A stretch of DNA of 64,000 nucleotides. It comes from Octopus bimaculoides (Eukaryota). The stretch lies in the NCBI RefSeq assembly GCF_001194135.2, contig NC_068984.1, forward strand, positions 24,325,671-24,389,670, given 5' to 3'. The translations under genes were made by a program, and so were the position numbers. Of this stretch, positions 50,420 to 62,752 are shown in pieces. Below the pieces are notes generated by a model, which made no database searches, was not told the origin of the DNA, and was given only the letters and a program-made list of their open reading frames with translations. Every line of letters begins with the position of its first letter. Positions within the stretch are counted from its first letter, which is position 1.

Positions 50420-50775
50420 GTTCATTATCTTTTATCTTTTACTTGTTTCAGTGATTAAATTGAAGACACGCTGGGGCACCCCTTAAAAAATTTTTGTCAA
50501 ACAAATTAACCCCAGTACTTTTTTTGAAGCCTAGTATTTATATTATCAGTCATTTTGGCAACCCACTAAGTTACAGGGGTGTAAATACACCAACACCAGT
50601 TGTCAAGTGGTCATGGAGTACAAACACAGATACACATATATACAACAGGCTTCTTTCAATTTCCATTTACCAAATTCACTCACAAGGCTTTGGTTAGCCT
50701 AAGACTTTAGTAGAAGACACTTCCGCAAGGTACCATGCAGTTAGACTGAACCCTAAATCATGTGGTTTGGAAGCA
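50420..50775 (-). mobile_element. CORE-like tRNA SINE (OR2-like), older
   Basis: Same tail, body and head order as 49395-49775. Confidence 0.8.
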
Positions 50776-51750
50776 AGGAAAAACAATGAACACATTGACT
50801 AACAGTCTTAGATATGCTACCCTGCAACGGAAAAATTGGATGCTCATAGCTGGAATGACTTCCATTACAGACCTAAGGCACCACACCAGCAAAAACAATC
50901 TATCAACTACAAAACCTAGAGCGATAACAGTTACAAAATGATTCAACAGAGTGGTTTTGTATGGTTGCTTGCACTGCTTGAAATACCAGCCAAGTATCTC
51001 CTAAATTTCACTCTACCATCTTGAAAAAAAAGAAGGAAAGAATACATTAAATGATGTAGTCCCAGATGCACAATATTCAATATCTGATATAAAATTAGGG
51101 TTAAACAACAGCAGTTACAACAACAACAGTAGCAACAATAACAAAAAAAAAAAAGAAATAACAGAAGTCCATGTCCATACCCCCACCCTACTCTGCAACT
51201 TGTGAAGATCTACAAGAAATGTCAAAATTCATAGAGTACCTATTTGTGGTAACTTTTTACTGAAACCTTACTATGATCACTTGAGAAATGCAACTCTATG
51301 AAGTTGATAACAAGCAGAGCTAAAACTGTCAGATTTCTTCCTTGCACCTGTTATCTATCAGCCTATATTTCTAGCTTTTATTTCTCTGTCTGCCTGTCTG
51401 TCTCTCCTTGTCTGTTTATCTATCTGCTTTTATTACATTTTTGATTTGTTTTTCCTTTATCCAAAACATCTGTTTAAAATAATGTTTACATAATAGCTTT
51501 ATATATATATATTTATAAATACACACACACACACACACACTCACACAAGCATGTATAATAGTATACTAACTAAAAGTTCAATGGTTCACCTCCTACAACT
51601 GACACTGCACAGTGTTTATTGTCAAACCAAATACTCACTGGCCATTAAATAGGTACCATGTATCAGATACAACCTAGCAATGGAAACACTGAAAGCACTG
51701 AGTGGTTTGTTAGATTGCAGTTAGCTGAGTTCCCGGCATGCTAACGTTTC

Positions 51751-51985
51751 TTATTTCTTTATTGCCCACAAGGGGCTAAACACAGAGGGGACAAACAAGG
51801 ACAGACAAAGAAATTAAGTCGATTACATCGACCCCAGTGTGTAACTGGTACTTAATTTATCAACCCCAAAAGGATGAAAGGCAAAGTCGACCTCGGCGGA
51901 ATTTGAACTCAGAATGTAGCGGGAGACGAATTACCGCTAAGTATTTCATCCAGCATGCTAACGTTTCTGCCAGCTCACCACCTTA
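51751..51985 (-). mobile_element. Full-length tRNA SINE (Meta-like core), young
   Basis: The reverse complement of 44195-44440, including the 'cttatttctttattgcccacaaggggctaaac' tail. Confidence 0.92.
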
Positions 51986-52228
51986 ATGAGGAGTAATAAT
52001 GAAACTGTGATGTTCATACTTTTCCAAAAGGCTTAATCATATACTTTCATACATAAACACAGGTTTTATTTTTCAAATCAGTTGTTAATTTTCCTCCTTA
52101 TTTAACATAAAACCATTTCTCACTGATTGGGATACTTCAACTGACTAAGGGACTAGGCTAGACATTATTTTATTGGAAGGTAAGGCACTCTCTTAGCCTT
52201 AATCTATTTAACTGATGGCATAAGTACT

Positions 52229-52821
52229 CATCATCATCACCATCATCGTTTAACGTCCGCTTTCCATGCTAGCATGGGTTGGACGATTTGACTGAGGACT
52301 GGTGAACCAGATGGCTACACCAGGCTCCAATCTGATTTGGCAGAGTTTCTACAGCTGGGTGCCCTTCTTAACGCCAACCACTCCGAGAGTGTAGTTGGTG
52401 TTTTTACGTGCCACCGGCACGAAGGCCAGTCAGGTGGTACTGGCAACAGCCACACTCAAAATGGTGTATTTTACGTGCCACCTGCACAGGAGCCAGTCCA
52501 GCGGCACTGGCAACGATCTCGCTCGAATGACTTTTCACATGCCACCGGCACAAATGCCAGGAAGGCAATTAATAACACTAAAGACAACATCCAAGCATTA
52601 TAAAACNNNNNNNNNNNNNNNCGTGCCACCGGCACGAAGGCCAGTCAGGTGGTACTGGCAACAGCCACACTCAAAATGGTGTATTTTACGTGCCACCTGC
52701 ACAGGAGCCAGTCCAGCGGCACTGGCAACGATCTCGCTCGAATGACTTTTCACATGCCACCGGCACAAATGCCAGGAAGGCAATTAATAACACTAAAGAC
52801 AACATCCAAGCATTATAAAAC
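52229..52821 (-). mobile_element. RTE-type 3' UTR copy with a 200-bp segment duplicated across a 15-N gap
   Basis: Tail at 52229. 52407-52606 is identical to 52622-52821. Confidence 0.9.
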
Positions 52822-53289
52822 ACCAATTCTAAGTGTTGGTGCAAATAAGAGCCAATGAAGGTTACTTGTCCTTCTTGAGCCATTTTACAAACGACTAAAA
52901 TGATATTTTTGCACATAGTCAAGCTGACACTTTTTTATTAATACTTACGTTCACTTTTTCATAATATTTTAAAATCTAGCCATTTGTATTAACTGTTGAA
53001 GCAGATATTTTACAATTGGAAATATTTTTTATAATGATTTGAAACTAAATACAAAGTAAGATCAATAACTAAGCATTTTCTGGTAGATTTTAAAAGACTA
53101 TCATCAAAACTTAACATCTTTTTATTGTTATTTTTTTCTTGATAATTCAAGACATTAAATATAGCATCTGACAAATACTGAGAATAATGGCATTTACATT
53201 TAAGCTGATTATATATTCAGCTAAATGCAAGCCCCAACAAACTGACAGGTTACAAGGGCAATAAATGCTTAGTTATTCTACAGACCTGA

Positions 53290-53630
53290 AGGTGCATGAC
53301 TCAGTGGTTTGAGTGTCGGGTTCACAATCATGAGGTTGTGAGTTCAATTCCTGGACTGGTCTATATGGTGTGTTCTTGAACAAAACACTATTTTCCATTG
53401 CTCCAGTTCACTCAGCTGTAGAAATGAGTTGCAAAGTCACTGGTGCTAAGCTGTATCAGCCTTTGCCTTTTCCTTGGATAACCTCAATGGCTTGGAAAGG
53501 GGAGGTTGGTATGCATGGGTGACTGCTGATCTTCCATAAACAATCTTGCCTGGACTTGTGCCTGGGAGGGGAATGTTATGGGTGCAATCTCATGATCATT
53601 CATGACCGAAGGGGGTTTTTATCCTTTACC
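53290..53630 (+). mobile_element. tRNA SINE with CORE-like segment and a long alternative 3' body
   Basis: A box 'gactcagtggtttgag', B box 'gagttcaattcctgg', 'gtgtgttcttgaacaaaacac...ctccagttcactcagctgtagaaatgag'. Confidence 0.7.
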
Positions 53631-54500
53631 CTATTCTACAGACATACCACATTTGGTCCTAATGTTCTATGGAGACAGGGTCCTAAAATGAATGTTTCTT
53701 GAATGAAAATTTAACAAACAAATCAATTAGAATATTAATGATAATCTCTCAATGATATTTTTTTACAGTATTGCTTCTGTTGATAATGTAGATCACCTAT
53801 TACCATACTACATTACAAATATACAAGGATAAAATTATCTTTAGAAATGTAGACATATATAATGAGGGTTTCTTCTACATATCAAGATATAGAGATTTTG
53901 AGTGCCCTTATGGTTTTTCAAGCTGTCTAGTTTGACAGATATAGCCCCTGTTATTCTGTTATTTCTATTCCTGTTCACTGAGAGCCAATGTAACAATTGG
54001 CAATTTTTTTTTTACATACATTGAACTTTAATCCATCATTTTCAAAGTTATACTGGTCAGCCGTTCTGATTTTAAGTAACTCTAGTCTTATAATAATGTT
54101 ATTTATTCAGTCAGTCAATCACACTCTCAAAAGAAGGCAGAAACTGATGGCATCCAATATGAAACAAAAACAATGTGAATATCTGACAGTTATGGAAATG
54201 AAAGCACAGTCATTTCTGAGTTCTTGTAGCCTGAAGGAGTATTTAAATTTTCAAGTATCAGCATCAATGTCATAGTTTCAATGATTAAATGAGAAACATC
54301 TGCAACAAACTTTTGGAAAATAAAACCAAAAACTTTAGTTAAAATAAAGTTCCAACAGCAGGAGGCAAAATTGGTTACACAAGCTTAAAATATTGATAAA
54401 TTTAAGTATTCATATGAAATATATCCATCTTTCTGTCAAGTTATTTATGTATAAGAGAGTATAAATATCTGCATGGGAACATAGCTTTTATTTTTTGCAG

Positions 54501-54625
54501 CAAATAAGAGCACAAATACAGGGAAGCCAAAAGAAAAGATAGAGCCATCAGCTCAGACAAATGTGGAGATAAAAGAAGATACTCAAAACTCAACTGGAAA
54601 AAAGATGACATTGGCTGGTGCTTAA
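54501..54625 (+). CDS. Candidate terminal coding exon of an unidentified gene (xNKSTNTGKPKEKIEPSAQTNVEIKEDTQNSTGKKMTLAGA*)
   Basis: Strong acceptor 'gcttttattttttgcag|', a purine-rich unique sequence and 40 open codons (phase 1) to TAA. No homology recognised, and it could be a chance match. Confidence 0.25.
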
Positions 54626-54715
54626 CTGTAAATAAAACCATTAGCAGAGTTAAAGATTATTGAATATTAAATAGGAGAGTATTGTAGTTCACTTGAAGCA
54701 TTGTGTATTGTTTGT

Positions 54716-54898
54716 AAAGAATAAAAAGTTTTGAATGGTACAACAATGCACTATAATACAAAAAATGGACTATATACCTGTTGTAATTTAGTTATCTATA
54801 GTCCGATGATATTTCGGAATAACTAAATTACAACAGGTATATAGTCCATTTTTTGTATTATAGTGCATTGTTGTACCATCCAAAACTTTTTATTCTTT
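54716..54898. repeat. Near-perfect inverted repeat with 80-bp arms and a 23-bp spacer
   Basis: 54716-54795 is the reverse complement of 54819-54898 with one mismatch. The spacer adds a 5-bp stem (tccga/tcgga). Confidence 0.95.
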
Positions 54899-54964
54899 GT
54901 GAATATTAAATATATAAGAAAATAAGTCATTCTAATATAGGTTACAAAGCTTAAAGTTCTGGAA

Positions 54965-55135
54965 GAAGGAGTAGTTGATTGCATTGACTCCAGTACTTGA
55001 CTGGTACTTATTTTATCGACCCCTCAAAGGATGAAGGGTGACATCTACCTCAGTAACATTTGAACTCAGAATGTAAAACCAGAAGAAATGCTGCAGAGTA
55101 TTTTGTCTGGTGTGCAAACAATTCTACCAGCTTAC
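54965..55135 (-). mobile_element. tRNA SINE (Meta-like core family)
   Basis: 'ctccagtacttgactggtacttattttatcgaccctcaaaggatgaagggtgacatctacctcagtaacatttgaactcagaatg'. Confidence 0.78.
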
Positions 55136-55506
55136 TATTTTGTTGCCTTGAAATGATATTTACAAACATCACCAACATTACTGAAACACTGTATTCCTAA
55201 AGAGCTTGCCACAGCATAGAATTCTGTGGAAACATGTTGACTTCTATGTAAATAGCAAATACATTTTTGCCTAATGGAATACCACTTTATCTCAAACATT
55301 TCATGAATACAATGTTTTTGTAATGTGGAGAACGACTTTATGCATTTGTAACAACTTGTAAAAGAAAAAAAACCCTTTCTATCTCCTACATAAGGTAAGT
55401 GAACCAGCCTCAATTTTGACCAAGGTAATTCAGTCAAATAACCAAACACAATGCAGTTTCTATTTGTAAGCCATTGGTTATGACATATTTAAACTCAGGT
55501 GATGAT

Positions 55507-55945
55507 CAAGATCATCAACATCATTATTATCATATCATTTTTATGTCCATTTTTCCATGATTGTATGGGTTAGATGGAATTTTACGAGGAAGATTTTCTA
55601 TAGCTGGATGTTCTCCCTTTTATCAAACTTCACCTGTTTCCAAGCAATATATCCCCATTGTGAGACATGTTTTCACAGAAAATTGGAAACAAAGGACATA
55701 GATTGTTTGATATTGACATTCAACTATCATGATGTGAAGACAGGGTGACACACACACGCACACACACACACACACACACACAATAGGCTTCTTTCAGTTT
55801 CTGTCTACCAAATCATCTCACAAAGCTTCGGTCAGCCTGCATCTATAGTAGAAGATACTTGCCCAAAGTATCATGCAGTGGAACTGAACCAATGTAGTTG
55901 GGAAGCAAAATTTTAAACCACATAACTATGCTTGCACCTACACAC
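55507..55945 (-). mobile_element. Composite SINE: OR2-like head, (GT)n, different body, RTE-type tail
   Basis: The head 55945-55785 matches the CORE-like family. After the (CA)n tract the sequence ends in 'aacatccagctatagaaaatc...cccatacaatcatggaaaaatggacataaaaatgatatgat'. Confidence 0.65.
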
Positions 55946-56569
55946 AGCTATGAATATGAAAGACATGTGTTACCTAAATATGAATATGAAAGCAAAGTGT
56001 TGCCTCAGAAGCACAAATGCACACGCAGAAGGATTAAAATGTCTGAAACTAAGAGCAAAAAAATATGCTGAAAGAGAAATTATCCAAAATATTTGTAGGT
56101 CTGATTAACTACTCCAGGCCTGTGCAAGAAAATAAATACTATTACCTCACATCTTATTCTAAGCTAAATGTATCAACTTCATTTTGTCTGTCTAAAAATG
56201 AAGCAACTCTAAACCTCCTGCTGTTTCTTGTCTTGGTTTCATCCAAACTGATATAATACAATGCAATCCTAGTATGTAAAGTGGTAATCTGATAGAATAA
56301 TCAGCATGTCAAGTGAAATTCTTAGTTGCATGTCTTCTGGTGCTTTACATTCTGAGTTCAAATCCCACTGAAGTCAACTTTGGTTTTCATCTCTGTGGAA
56401 TTCTTAAAATAAAGTACCACTCAAATACTGGGGTCAATGTAATCAACTTGTAATTTTGGTAAATATATCTGTTAAAACGAGATGTCAGTCTTATTTTCAT
56501 TTTTGCATAATTTTGATGATGATATATTCACCACACCCAGTATATATATAAATATATATACATATATAT

Positions 56570-56920
56570 ACTTTTATTCTTTTACTTGTTTCAGTCATCT
56601 GACTGCAGCCATGCTAGAGCACCGCCTTTAGTTGAAGTAATCAACCCCAGGTCTCTTTTTGCTGAACCGCTAAGTGATGGGGATCTAAACACACCAACAT
56701 CATTTATCAAGCGATGGGGGGGGGGAACAAATACAGACACAAATACATATATATATCCGAAGGGCTTCTCTCAGTTTCCACCTACCAAATCCACTCACAA
56801 AGCTTTGGTTGGCCCAAGGTTATAGTAGAAGACACTTGCCCAAGGTGCCACGCGGTGGGAGTGAGCCTGGAACCATGTGGTTAGGAAGCAAGCTTCTTAC
56901 CACACAGCCATTCTTGCACC
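56570..56920 (-). mobile_element. CORE-like tRNA SINE (OR2-like)
   Basis: From 'cttttacttgtttcagtcatctgactgcagccatgctagagcaccgcc' to 'gcaagcttcttaccacacagccattcttgcaccta'. Confidence 0.88.
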
Positions 56921-56934
56921 TATATGTATATATG

Positions 56935-57149
56935 TATCATCATCATCCTTTAACGTCCGTTTGCCATGATGGCATGGGTTAGATGGTTTGACTGGAGCCT
57001 GGCAAGCCAGTAGGCTGCACCAGGCTCCAATCTGATCTGGCAAGGTTTCTACAGCTGGATGCCCTTCCTAATACCAGCCACTCCAAGAGTGTAGTGGGTG
57101 CTTTTTATGTGCCACCAGCACGGGAGTCAGTCAGGCAGCACTGGCATTG
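56935..57149 (-). mobile_element. RTE-type tail, cut by an N-gap
   Basis: 'catcatcatcctttaacgtccgtttgccatgatggcatggg...ggatgcccttcctaatacc'. Confidence 0.85.
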
Positions 57150-58806
57150 NNNNNNNNNNNNNNNNNNNNNNNNNNNNNNNNNNNNNNNNNNNNNNNNNNN
57201 NNNNNNNNNNNNNNNNNNNNNNNNNNNNNNNNNNNNNNNNNNNNNNNNNNNNNNNNNNNNNNNNNNNNNNNNNNNNNNNNNNNNNNNNNNNNNNNNNNNN
57301 NNNNNNNNNNNNNNNNNNNNNNNNNNNNNNNNNNNNNNNNNNNNNNNNNNNNNNNNNNNNNNNNNNNNNNNNNNNNNNNNNNNNNNNNNNNNNNNNNNNN
57401 NNNNNNNNNNNNNNNNNNNNNNNNNNNNNNNNNNAATATTTACCATATTTTTGAAGTCATTTTCTCTTTAAAATAGTTTTTAAACATGCCAAAAAAACCC
57501 TTTTGTAATGGTTTTCACTTGAAAATAATTTTTAAAAAACATTAAAATATTGTCTGTTTAAAGAAAGCTAAAATATAAATACTTACTGCACAAACAACTT
57601 ACATTTTTGAAATCACATTCACTTAAAAATATTTCTAAATGATTAAAATATTGTGTTTAACAAAGGTGAAAATAGAAACATTTACTGTAAAAAAACAAAT
57701 CATATTTTTTCCTTGTCAAGTCATTGTGTCTAATCAAAAGGTAAGAGTTTCTTCCCTTTCAGGGATAAGTTATTTTCGGAATATTTTCCCATTATGCATG
57801 AGTTTGGCTGGGTAACATTACAAGCAAGCAAGCAAGATTCAAGCTTTTAATGTATTTTATATATATATATGTATGTATTCTTTTATCTGTTTCAGCCATG
57901 TGGCTGCAGTCATGTTGGAGCACCACCATATATATAAATAACTAAATAATTATATAGATATATGTATGCATGCATATAAGATATATAATAAAGATAATGG
58001 TACTAAGGATGCTACCACCATGACCGCAATTGCTGTCACCACTACTACCACTGCCAAGAACCACTACCACAACCAACACCATCAATGACAATTTGATCAT
58101 TCTCTTTGATTGAGCTTCTTTACAAAACATTGTCAATCATAAAAGAATTTAGAATACAATGGCATGAATGTGGAATACTAAATCTATTCCTGACCAGAAC
58201 TTAGTGAAGGATTTCTATTTGCATGTGTGCATGTAAGTCTGTGTGAGTGGTAGTATGAATGTGTTTGTATGTATTAAGTGTTAGTGTGTGGGTATATATG
58301 AATGTGTATATCCATTTCTAATTGTGTGTGCGCACATTTGTACATGCATGTGTGTACATTTCCAACTGCATGTGTATGAAAGTGTGTGGGTAGTAAAAAT
58401 TACTCATCATATTTGTTGATTAATCAGAACAGAATTGGTTGGGGTTTTTTTTTTATTTATATATGTTTTGGCTTGTTGATTTTTATTTTATATATTTTAC
58501 CTATTTATTTATTTATTTATTCATTTTATTTACTTATTGAAGTTAGTGAAGAATTAATGGAAGAATCTTTAATATTTGAAGATAGGAAAAGGGAGAAAAT
58601 AAAAACCATCATTTTCACTTGGAAACGTAAACGGAAAAGGATACAATAAAAGAAAAAAGACGAAAAGAAAAAAAGAAAAATAGGGAATAATTTAATTAAT
58701 GCTTTGACTTTCTTCTCTTTTTCTTTTGTTTTTTATTAATGTTTGTTTTGTAACGTTAGACTTGTATCAGTGCTGCCCTTCTGGCAAAATAAGACCATTG
58801 TTCATC

Positions 58807-58842
<36 letters not shown>

Positions 58843-59127
58843 CCATTATCATTATTACTACTACTACTACAAAGAAGTGCGGGAAGGAAAGGAGGACAAT
58901 CCAAATGATACAAAGATAATAACCAAGAAAAGGATCAGTTATAAGGAGTGGGCAAGCAGTTGTGGGGTGAGTGAAGTAGAGTTATATAGTTAGTCACATT
59001 GATAATGGTTGGTTTATAAGAGCTCGTTGGAAGAATTACAATTGGTGCTGTTAGCTGTTGTTGTGTTGCTTGTGATGATTAGTGGTTATAGTCATTGTAT
59101 AGTGGTAGTTGTGACAGTATTTGTTGA

Positions 59128-59956
59128 TACAAAAAGGCCTCTCCCTCAGAGTGAAAGATTGTATGATGCTTGTGTGCTACATGGCAGTAAAACATGGGCT
59201 GTGATTGCAGAGGACATGTAAAACATGGGCTGTGATTGCAGAGGACATGTAAGGGCTTGAAAGATATGAAGCTAGCATGCTCTACTGGATGTACAAAGTC
59301 AGTGTGCATGTACCACAATGTGTAAGTGCCTTAAGAGGAAAAGTGGATATAAGATGCATCAGACATAGTGTGCAAGAGAGAATATTGCTCTGGTATGGTC
59401 ATGTAATGTGTATGGATGAAGACAGCTGCATTACGAAGTGTCAATTTCTAATTGTTGAGGGGAGCTGTGGAAGAAGTAGACCCAGGAAGACATGGGACAA
59501 GGTTGTGAACTATGATCTTCACTTAAGCCTTATGGAGGCAATGACAAGTGACTGAGACTTCTGGTGATTTGCTGCACTTGAGAAGACACATCAAGCTAAG
59601 TGAAATTGTGGTTGTGGCTTGTGTTGGTGACATGTAAAAGGCACCCATGCCAATGACAGATAAAAGGCACCTGTGCCGATGACAGATAAAAGGCACCTGT
59701 GCCGATGACACGTAAAAAGCACCTGTACTGGGGATACATGAGAGGCACCCATGTCAGTGACATGCAAAAGGCATTCCTGCCGGTGGCATGCAAAAGGGCA
59801 CTCAGTACACTCTGTAAAGTGGCTGGCATTAGGAAGGGCATCCAGCCATAGAAACCAAGCCAAAACAGAAGACTGGAACCTGGTGCAGCTCCAGTCAAAC
59901 CATCTAACTCATGCCAGCATAGAAAATGGATGTTAAATGATGATGAAGATGATGAT
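59128..59956 (+). mobile_element. 5'-truncated RTE LINE with complete 3' UTR
   Basis: RLYDACVLHGSKTWAVIAEDM..MLYWMYKVSVH..QERILLWYGHVMCMDEDSCITKC..VEGSCGRSRPRKTWDKVV..DL..LMEAMTSD, then a ~24-bp tandem array (59625-59795) and the tail. Confidence 0.92.
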
Positions 59957-60002
59957 ATAAACACATCTTCTACATTATATATATTATAGATATAGATGTG
60001 TG

Positions 60003-60057
<55 letters not shown>

Positions 60058-60254
60058 NNNNNNNNNNNNNNNNNNNTATAAAGCAAAGAGCAATATAGAA
60101 GAATGTTTCTAGGGAGTAACATTTACTCAACAGTACAGAATATTATATGAAAATATCATAGTCATTGCTAATAGAGACCATCAACAAACACAGACTTTGT
60201 GGAACACACTTGAATAAGAAAAGGTGAAGATGTACGTCAATTATAACTATAGGA

Positions 60255-60420
60255 ACCAGTTCATGGTAAAAGAAGCAAACCTTGTCAAACATATGTGCAA
60301 CAGTTGCTGCGGATACAAACCTTGGAAGAAATTGTGTTGCAGAAATGAAGGAGAATAGGAGGACGGGGGAACATGGAGGGAGACTGGGAGACAGGTCAAT
60401 AAGATCAGAGTAGATTCAAC
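60255..60420 (+). mobile_element. RTE/RTEX-like LINE C-terminal relic
   Basis: PVHGKRSKPCQTYVQQL..TLEE / WR...VNKIRV resembles P.HGKR..GRP..TYV.QL...WR..V..IR. Confidence 0.45.
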
Positions 60421-60589
60421 ACACACACACACACACACAAATACACATATGCAAGTATACACACATATATACATATATACACACACATAAATACACATAC
60501 ACATAAGTGTGTGTATGCATGCATATTATATTAATTTATTTATATATAGGTATATATGTATGTATGTGTGTGTTTGTGTATGTGTATGC

Positions 60590-60636
<47 letters not shown>

Positions 60637-61223
60637 TAAAATATATATATTATCTTTCAACAAAATCATGTTTTGCTTTCAGGAGGGTCTAGAGCCAAAA
60701 TTCCATTGTACTACTAAATATAGAAGTTACATACATGATTATTTCTGTCAGTCAGAGTGTAAATAAAATAGTCTATATAATTTATATAATGAGATCAATC
60801 AATGTCCTTACACAGAACTGAAATGTTATATTGATATCGTATTCCATACATATGAGGTGTACAAAATAAATAGTTATAATTACATATATAATTATATACA
60901 CAGACACAAGCAATAACTATACAAATCTTCATTGTATACTCTATATTAGTATATTATTTCTCTATATTTGAAATGGAATTTGTAAGCAAATAAATCTGTA
61001 AAATTCAAAAATAATCTTTCCTTTAGTAACTTTATGTAAGTGCTCTCTCTCTCCCTCTCTTTTCTCTCTCTTTCTCTCCCTTCACTCCACTCATATTATA
61101 GTTTAGTGTTTTTAAACACAGAATATCCCTAAGGGATATTGTCGCTTAATTTGCCTTTCATGATGTATCTGCATTAGGTATGATATATAGATGGCGATTT
61201 TAATTTAATACTGCCTCTATTGC

Positions 61224-61640
61224 ATCATCATCATCATCATCATCATTTAACATCTGTTTTCCATGCTGGTATGGGTTGTACTGAAAACTGGTAAGCTGGA
61301 GAACTGCACCAGGTCCCAATCTGATTTGGCACAGTTTCTACAGCTGGATGCCTTTCCTAATGCCAACCACTCCAAGAGTGTAGTGGGTGCTTTTTACATG
61401 CCACCAGCACAAGTACCAATTACAAAACACCAGCACTGGCCACGACTATGGTCTCACTTGGTTTGATAGGTCTTCTCAAACACAGAATATTGCCAAAGGT
61501 CTCAGTCACTTGTCAGTGTCTCCGTGAGGCCCAAAGTTCAAAGGGTGTTTTTGCATGCCACTGGCACATGTGCCAGTTATGCGAGGCTGGCATTGGCCAT
61601 GACTACAATTTCATTTGGCTTGACGGATCTTCTGAATGAA
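61224..61640 (-). mobile_element. RTE-type 3' end, older copy
   Basis: (CAT)n-ttaacatctgttttccatgctgg...ccaaaggtctcagtcacttgtcagtgtctccgtgaggcccaa. Confidence 0.85.
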
Positions 61641-62382
61641 TTTTAATTCAGCTAGACAGCTAATTGCAACATCAGTGATTCTTCATTCTCTGTTTTCCTA
61701 TATCTGTAGCAACAAACTTTGTGTTAGGGTGCATCTGGTGTAGATACATGCTACTGACAAAGCCCAATAAAGCAGAAATTTACATTTAACATTCTCATCA
61801 CTGCTGCTGGTTGATTTTCATCTCCTACTGATATAGTCTTGTTTTTTGTTTTTTGAATACAGTGCATCCATAAGGGATATTATCTATGGATGAATACTGC
61901 TGTATTTGCCTTTTGCAATGTATCTGCATTAAATATGGTACACCAATGACTATTTTAATCTACTACTGCTTTTGTTGCATATGAAAAATATACTATATTT
62001 ACAGACTAAAGATTAATGGCTAACAAAACTGCTATTTTATAAGAAACAAATATCAATTCAATTTCATTAATGACTGTCAAGTGAAAAGCAGAATGAAAAT
62101 TATACAGAATCAAAAGATGAGTGGAAAACTTAATATTGGCTGATGACCAAGAAAACCTAGAGAGGATGCTGCATCTGTTGTTGTGTACCTTTAATCTCAT
62201 TAGATTCTGGGTTTTGATGAATTGATTAATTGATTATGATTTGAACCAGCAATGAAAATATTTTTAATACAAGCAATTGTTTCCTATTGAACAAAATATA
62301 TTCACAGGTCAATAAACTGCATGATAACCTTTTTTTTCTGAATTACTTCACAATGTCTCTGAGACATAGAACCCATTAATGA

Positions 62383-62696
62383 CATCATCATCATCTCATT
62401 TAATGTTTGTCTTCTATGCTGGAATGGGATAGACAGTCTGACATGAACTGTCAAATCAGAAGACTGCATCAAGCCCTGTTGTCTGCTTTGGCACGGATTC
62501 CATGATTGGATGCCCTTCCTAACACCAACAACTTTACAGAGTGAATTGGATGCTTTTTTTTTACATGGCACCAGCACCAGTGAGGTCACCAAGTAACTTG
62601 CAAGACAGGACTCCTCAACTGAGACAAGGAGAATTATTTAAGGATAGGAAAAGGAGTCTTGCATTAGAGGGAAAATATGACTACCTNNNNNNNNNN

Positions 62697-62752
<56 letters not shown>

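Noticed and set aside
54796-54825. Hammerhead-like 'CCGAUGA...GGAA' in the hairpin spacer
   Set aside because: The core is not CUGANGA/GAAA and there is no stem II.
57721-57811. Adjacent exon-like segments 57721-57740 and 57763-57811 (DKLFSEYFPIMHEFGW)
   Set aside because: The 22-nt spacing cannot be an intron, the phases differ, and I recognise no homology.
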